A stretch of 11,194 nucleotides of DNA from Gemmatimonadales bacterium (lineage in GTDB: Bacteria > Gemmatimonadota > Gemmatimonadetes > Gemmatimonadales > GWC2-71-9): positions 1-11,194 of the forward strand of contig JBBCJC010000012.1 of the NCBI GenBank assembly GCA_037189525.1, read 5' to 3'. Every line of letters starts with the position of its first letter. Within the stretch, counting starts at the first letter, position 1. The position numbers and the translations under genes are program-made. The notes beneath the pieces are model-generated. The model was not told where the DNA came from, made no database searches, and worked only from the letters and a program-made list of their open reading frames with translations. Positions 7,517 to 11,194 of the stretch are shown piece by piece.

Positions 7517-7861
7517 TCACAGTACATGTAGGTTATCGACTTCCACCCGGTAGCCTGCGGGGCTCTCGTAGACGGTTAGCTCAAGGGTGAGATCACTCAG
7601 GCCTTCTTCGAGCGTCCAAAGCGAAACATAGACGGACCACGCTGGAACGTCGGAACTGCTGATCCTCACGACATCGCAGATAGAGTTTGCCCCCGTCGGA
7701 GGCATAGTGATTCGTCGGCCGTACGCAGCGACAGTGGCTGCCATTTCAGCGGCGGAGAGGTGGACGCCATGACAACGCCGCTCCAGCTCCGCATAGTCTC
7801 GACTGACAAGGTCGGCAATAATTCTGTCGACAATGTCTTGGAATGGCCAAGAGCTATCCAT
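7517..7861 (-). CDS. Small hypothetical protein, 114 aa (resembles DUF7668-type family)
   Basis: Conserved-looking motif WSVYVSLWTLEEGLSDLTLELTV...VEVDNLHVL; family name is from recall only. Confidence 0.75.
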   Translation of the reverse strand: MDSSWPFQDIVDRIIADLVSRDYAELERRCHGVHLSAAEMAATVAAYGRRITMPPTGANSICDVVRISSSDVPAWSVYVSLWTLEEGLSDLTLELTVYESPAGYRVEVDNLHVL

Positions 7862-7879
7862 CAGTGATCACTCTGGTCG

Positions 7880-8018
7880 GCATAACGACTTTGGGTTTCA
7901 GCGGCAGGCGCCTCACGAAGCCGAGCGGCCGCGCCATCCTCCAACCAACATGGGGGCGCGGCCGCGACTTCGCAAACCGGAGCTTCGTGCGCCTGTCCGC
8001 TGCAAACCCCTGTTAGGC
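7880..8018 (-). repeat. attC site 10
   Basis: gcataac(7880-7886)...gttaggc(8012-8018). Confidence 0.95.
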
Positions 8019-8097
8019 GGCAGACGTTTGTGTTGCGTGTGCCTCAAGTAGCACGGATCGCCTGCCCGACAGCGCTTGTAAAACAAGGCGCACCGTA

Positions 8098-8574
8098 TCA
8101 GCCGTTGAGGCCGCCAAACGTAGATGACAGCTCTTCAAGCGCACGCTCATAGCTGAACACCTCAAGCGAACTCATGTTCTTGCGTGACACGTTCAGACCC
8201 CACTCGGGCTTACTCTTGAGGCCATCATAGGTTCTATCAACGAATACTTCATTCGGTGAATGCCACGTCGTGGCTGGAATCAAGAAGAGACGGGGCGGCT
8301 CGTTCTCGAACAGCAACGCGAGGGCAAGGTAGACATTCGCACGGAGATCAAACTTGGTCTTTTGCATGAAGACGTAGCCGTAGTCACGCAGAGACTTCAC
8401 CTGCACTTCAATGAAAGGACCGCGACCGTGGCGCGCAACGAAGTCGATACCACGATCATCGACTTCGGTGGAGTAGACCTCGAAGCCGTACATCGCGAGT
8501 TCCATCTTAACGAAGTACTCGGCGAAGGCACCAGCCTGCTGTGTGTTTAGTGATTTCCACTGGTAGCGTGCCAC
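8098..8574 (-). CDS. PD-(D/E)XK nuclease-fold protein (DUF4365-like), 158 aa
   Basis: GTG start with GAGAGGA SD; motifs GAFAEYFV, VDDRGIDFV, IEVQVKS. Confidence 0.82.
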   Translation of the reverse strand: MARYQWKSLNTQQAGAFAEYFVKMELAMYGFEVYSTEVDDRGIDFVARHGRGPFIEVQVKSLRDYGYVFMQKTKFDLRANVYLALALLFENEPPRLFLIPATTWHSPNEVFVDRTYDGLKSKPEWGLNVSRKNMSSLEVFSYERALEELSSTFGGLNG

Positions 8575-8590
8575 TGGATTCCTCTCTGCC

Positions 8591-8730
8591 GCCTAACGAC
8601 TTTGGTGTTCAGCGGCAGGCGCGCTCACGGCGCCGAGCGGCCGCGCCATCCTCCACCCAACATGGGGGCGCGGCCGCGACTCCGCAAACCGGAGCCCCGC
8701 GCGCCTGCCCGCTGCAACACCTTGTTAGGT
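8591..8730 (-). repeat. attC site 11
   Basis: gcctaac(8591-8597)...gttaggt(8724-8730). Confidence 0.95.
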
Positions 8731-8751
8731 GGCAAGTCGGCGTGCTGCTCT

Positions 8752-9249
8752 CTACTGAAGATCGTCAGGTGCTACGTCGACGACCCAGCTCGCGCCGTTG
8801 TGAAACGGCCGCGTTGTCCAACTGCCATCGCCTGCGCCAACCACCAAAGGGTCGGAGTCGTCCCACGCGGCGGCGACTCGATCGACAGCCACGGTAGCCA
8901 CCGCGGCGACAGTCGTCGGTCCATCAACGATCCGAACGGTCTCCGCCGATCGTACGAATAGCGAGTCGTCGAGGTAGAGAACCTCAGCGATTGGATAGGC
9001 ATCCCGAATCGGACCGATCATGGCAAGACGCAAAGCGACACTAAGCTGGCCAGCGTCATGAGCTAGTACGAACTCCGCGGACTGAGTGCCGACCCGGGCC
9101 GTTGCGTGGGTGAACTGGAGCGACTTCGACAGGCCAGTAACGGCGATATTTGAGAGCGCTTTCGGCAGCAGGAACGTACCCGGCGCGCTCCCGCCGGGAG
9201 CCATGAGAAATCCAAAGCCATTCAGATGCACTTGGATATGTTCCTTCAT
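8752..9249 (-). CDS. Hypothetical beta-rich protein, 165 aa
   Basis: ATG with GAGG SD just downstream of attC12; fills the cassette; no family recognised. Confidence 0.75.
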   Translation of the reverse strand: MKEHIQVHLNGFGFLMAPGGSAPGTFLLPKALSNIAVTGLSKSLQFTHATARVGTQSAEFVLAHDAGQLSVALRLAMIGPIRDAYPIAEVLYLDDSLFVRSAETVRIVDGPTTVAAVATVAVDRVAAAWDDSDPLVVGAGDGSWTTRPFHNGASWVVDVAPDDLQ

Positions 9250-9264
9250 CGGAACCTCGTTGCC

Positions 9265-9401
9265 ACCTAACGACTCTGGGTTTCAGCGGCAGCCGCTCTC
9301 GGAGCTGAGCGGCCGCGCCATCCTCCAATCAACATGGGGGCGCGGCCGCGTCTCCGGAAGAGGAGGCTCGCCCGGCTGCCCGCTGCAAACCCCTGTTAGA
9401 C
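9265..9401 (-). repeat. attC site 12
   Basis: acctaac(9265-9271)...gttagac(9395-9401). Confidence 0.95.
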
Positions 9402-9407
9402 GGCGAC

Positions 9408-9436
9408 TTGACAATATGTCATATTCGACATAACAT
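9408..9436 (+). promoter_or_regulatory. Sigma70 promoter TTGACA-N17-TAACAT of the TA operon, with operator palindrome TATGTC-N6-GACATA (9415-9432)
   Basis: TTGACA 9408-9413, TAACAT 9431-9436; the inverted repeat spans the spacer and the start of the -10 box. Confidence 0.8.
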
Positions 9437-9442
9437 CCCCAC

Positions 9443-9796
9443 ATGGCGTCCGCGGACAAGCCGCTCGTCTGGCTCCGGGGTGAAGTCAAAACCCCGCCCT
9501 TCTCACTGGCGGCCAGGCTGGAAGCCGGGGTGCTGCTGCGTCGCCTGCAGCGGGGCGAGAAACTCAGCTTGCCGCACTCACGGCCCATGCCGAGTATCGC
9601 ACCGCGCTGTCATGAACTGCGTATCCCGGACGAGCAGGCAACCTGGCGGATCATCTACCGGCTGGATCCGGACGCCATCGTGATTGCCGAGGTGTTCAGC
9701 AAGAAGACCGCCCAAACCCCGGCCGGGATTATCGCGAACTGCCGCCGACGCGTGCGGCGGTATGATCAGCTGGTGGCGGACTCGGAGGACGAATGA
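9443..9796 (+). CDS. higB: Type II TA toxin, RelE/HigB (Gp49-like) family, 117 aa
   Basis: Motifs KTPPFS, LPHSRPMPSI, CHELRI, WRIIYR, VFSKKT; toxin-first order, overlapping an HTH gene. Confidence 0.9.
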   Translation: MASADKPLVWLRGEVKTPPFSLAARLEAGVLLRRLQRGEKLSLPHSRPMPSIAPRCHELRIPDEQATWRIIYRLDPDAIVIAEVFSKKTAQTPAGIIANCRRRVRRYDQLVADSEDE

Positions 9797-10128
9797 AAAA
9801 GGCAACGCGGACGAAGCTGGAATCGCAGGGCTGGCAAGTGGGGACGGCGGCGGAGTTTCTGGGCCTGAGCCCGGAAGAGGCGGCCTTTGTGGAGCTCCGT
9901 CTGTCGCTCGCGGAGGCGCTACGAACGCGGCGGACGGCCCGCCGACTGACGCAGGCGGCCCTCGCAAAGCGGGTGGGGTCCAGCCAGTCGCGGGTCGCCA
10001 AGATGGAAGCGGGGGATCCGTCGGTCTCGATCGACTTGCTGTTGCGCTCGCTCCTGGCGCTTGGGGCAACGCCACGGGAGATCGGCTCGTCGTTCACCCG
10101 TCGTCGAAAGCGCCGGGTCGCCGTCTAA
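9793..10128 (+). CDS. higA: Type II TA antitoxin, XRE/HTH (HigA-like), 111 aa
   Basis: LTQAALAKRVGSSQSRVAKMEAG HTH; ATGA overlap with the toxin; GGAGG SD; TAA inside the R' box of attC13. Confidence 0.9.
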   Translation: MKKATRTKLESQGWQVGTAAEFLGLSPEEAAFVELRLSLAEALRTRRTARRLTQAALAKRVGSSQSRVAKMEAGDPSVSIDLLLRSLLALGATPREIGSSFTRRRKRRVAV

Positions 10129-10263
10129 CGACTTTGGTGTTCAGCGGCAGGCGCGCGCACGGAGCCGAGCGGCCGCGCCATTCCACCAACCAACATGGAG
10201 GCGCGGCCGCGACTCCGCAAACCGGAGCCCCGCGCGCCTGCCCGCTGCAACACCCTGTTAGAC
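10123..10263 (-). repeat. attC site 13
   Basis: gtctaac(10123-10129)...gttagac(10257-10263). Confidence 0.95.
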
Positions 10264-10286
10264 AGCTAGCGCAAGTGATCGCTCTA

Positions 10287-10793
10287 TCATTGCCCTATGA
10301 GCTGTCCAATAGGGCCGATCGCTCGTGCAGCGACCAAGCTCACGATTCCGCCAATGAACGCCCATCGCATTATTTCGTAGGCGATGGACACCCTTTTCTG
10401 AAGCGGCCCTACAACCTCTTCTACTTTCGCAATACCCGCCTCTGCTCGAGCGATATAGTCGTCAATAGAGATAACTTTGTCAGTTTCGAGCACATGCAGA
10501 GTCCGGGTACCTTCGAGGCGAACTTTTTGTCCTTCGCGCTTCAGATTCTGCTGCTCATCTTGTAGCGAGAAAAGACGATAGAGCTCCGGTATGTACTCCA
10601 TTCGAGATAACCCCGCAACTCCGGCCAGCAGCAACAGCAACCACGACAGGAACTCAAGCCATCCTGCAGTGACGCCAGCATCGAACTTGGCAGTTTGAAT
10701 GGATAGACCAAGAATCGTGAAGATTAAGCCGAGGAGATAGGCCTCGAACTTTTCCTTGACACGAAGGGCGACTTCGAAGTTCGATTGTCCCAT
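10287..10793 (-). CDS. Three-TM membrane protein with central coiled-coil, 168 aa
   Basis: TM hairpin (YLLGLIFTILGLSI; WLEFLSWLLLLLAGVAGL), charged helical middle, C-terminal TM (WAFIGGIVSLVAA). Confidence 0.82.
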   Translation of the reverse strand: MGQSNFEVALRVKEKFEAYLLGLIFTILGLSIQTAKFDAGVTAGWLEFLSWLLLLLAGVAGLSRMEYIPELYRLFSLQDEQQNLKREGQKVRLEGTRTLHVLETDKVISIDDYIARAEAGIAKVEEVVGPLQKRVSIAYEIMRWAFIGGIVSLVAARAIGPIGQLIGQ

Positions 10794-10810
10794 GGGAACC
10801 TATTTAGTCT

Positions 10811-10950
10811 GTCTAACGACTCTGGTGTTCAGCGGCAGGCGCGCTCACAGAGCCGAGCGGCCGTGCCATCCTCCAACTAACATGGGGACGCGGCCGCGAC
10901 TCTGCAAACCAGAGCCCCGCGCGCCTGCCCGCTGCAACACCCTGTTAGAC
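10811..10950 (-). repeat. attC site 14
   Basis: gtctaac(10811-10817)...gttagac(10944-10950). Confidence 0.95.
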
Positions 10951-11075
10951 GGCAACTGGGGAGCAATGACTGCCGATTCTGTTCCGAATCCAGATTCGGC
11001 CCGGACACTCGGGCAAGCCAACAACCCAGTGGCAAAGCGGTTCAAGGGCAGATCAAGGCCCACGAAGAGATACGC

Positions 11076-11194
11076 CTAGCTGATACGCTTTGCCCCGCGA
11101 TCCGTGATCGACATCCGGTAAGGTGTACCGCTTTCCCAATAGTGCGTCTCGCGTTCGAACTCTCGGTACCTCCAAGTGGGAATCGGAGTTCCGT
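11076..11194 (-). CDS. Probable 3' end of an upstream cassette gene (...WRYREFERETHYWESGTPYRMSITDRGAKRIS*)
   Basis: Expected from array geometry. All three minus frames are open here, so the frame was chosen on protein-likeness only. Confidence 0.35.
   Translation of the reverse strand, partial: GTPIPTWRYREFERETHYWESGTPYRMSITDRGAKRIS

Larger units (their letters stand above)
1..11194 (-). mobile_element. Integron gene-cassette array (14 attC, 13 complete + 2 partial cassettes); intI/attI not in window
   Basis: 14 near-identical ~139-bp imperfect palindromes bounded by RYYYAAC...GTTRRRY-type cores, each separating one ORF (or one TA pair) with little intergenic DNA. Complete cassettes are 597-1184 bp. 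Extrahelical bases lie on the arm next to the gene 3' ends, so the top strand is minus. Confidence 0.97.

Noticed and set aside
9684..10565. 293-aa plus-strand ORF (and minus ORFs 9578..10075, 9729..10097)
   Set aside because: The plus ORF overlaps the TA genes out of frame and crosses attC13; the minus ORFs are antisense shadows. All have low-complexity, GC-driven composition.
193..10950. CRISPR array or REP/MITE interpretation of the repeats
   Set aside because: Repeats are ~139 bp with gene-sized spacers, R/L boxes and cassette-specific end complementarity, which is diagnostic of attC.
1..11194. Integron integrase, attI, transposase, RNA genes or known antibiotic-resistance cassettes
   Set aside because: No tyrosine-recombinase, DDE, tRNA/rRNA or recognisable resistance-gene motifs in any frame.

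Overview
This window is an internal segment of a large integron gene-cassette array (sedentary chromosomal integron-like or CALIN). No integrase or attI is visible; if present they should lie beyond position 11194. It holds 14 closely related 137-141 bp attC sites (top strand = minus), delimiting 13 complete single-module cassettes and two partial ones. Cassette genes run on the minus strand, except an inverted, self-promoted HigBA-like toxin-antitoxin cassette. Cargo includes an RDD protein, a stand-alone PIN-like protein, a double PD-(D/E)XK (HsdR_N-like + Mrr-like) nuclease, a DUF4365-like nuclease, a stand-alone Clp N-domain protein and several membrane or unknown proteins. Notable features: (i) every cassette ends in its own 9-14 bp perfect inverted repeat extending past the 7-bp R boxes; (ii) the attC family has an asymmetric 5/9-nt spacer and co-varying subtypes; (iii) one cassette is transcriptionally insulated (terminator, sigma70 promoter, palindromic operator); (iv) several cassettes are candidate new anti-phage genes. 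Protein family calls are from motif recognition by eye, not database searches.
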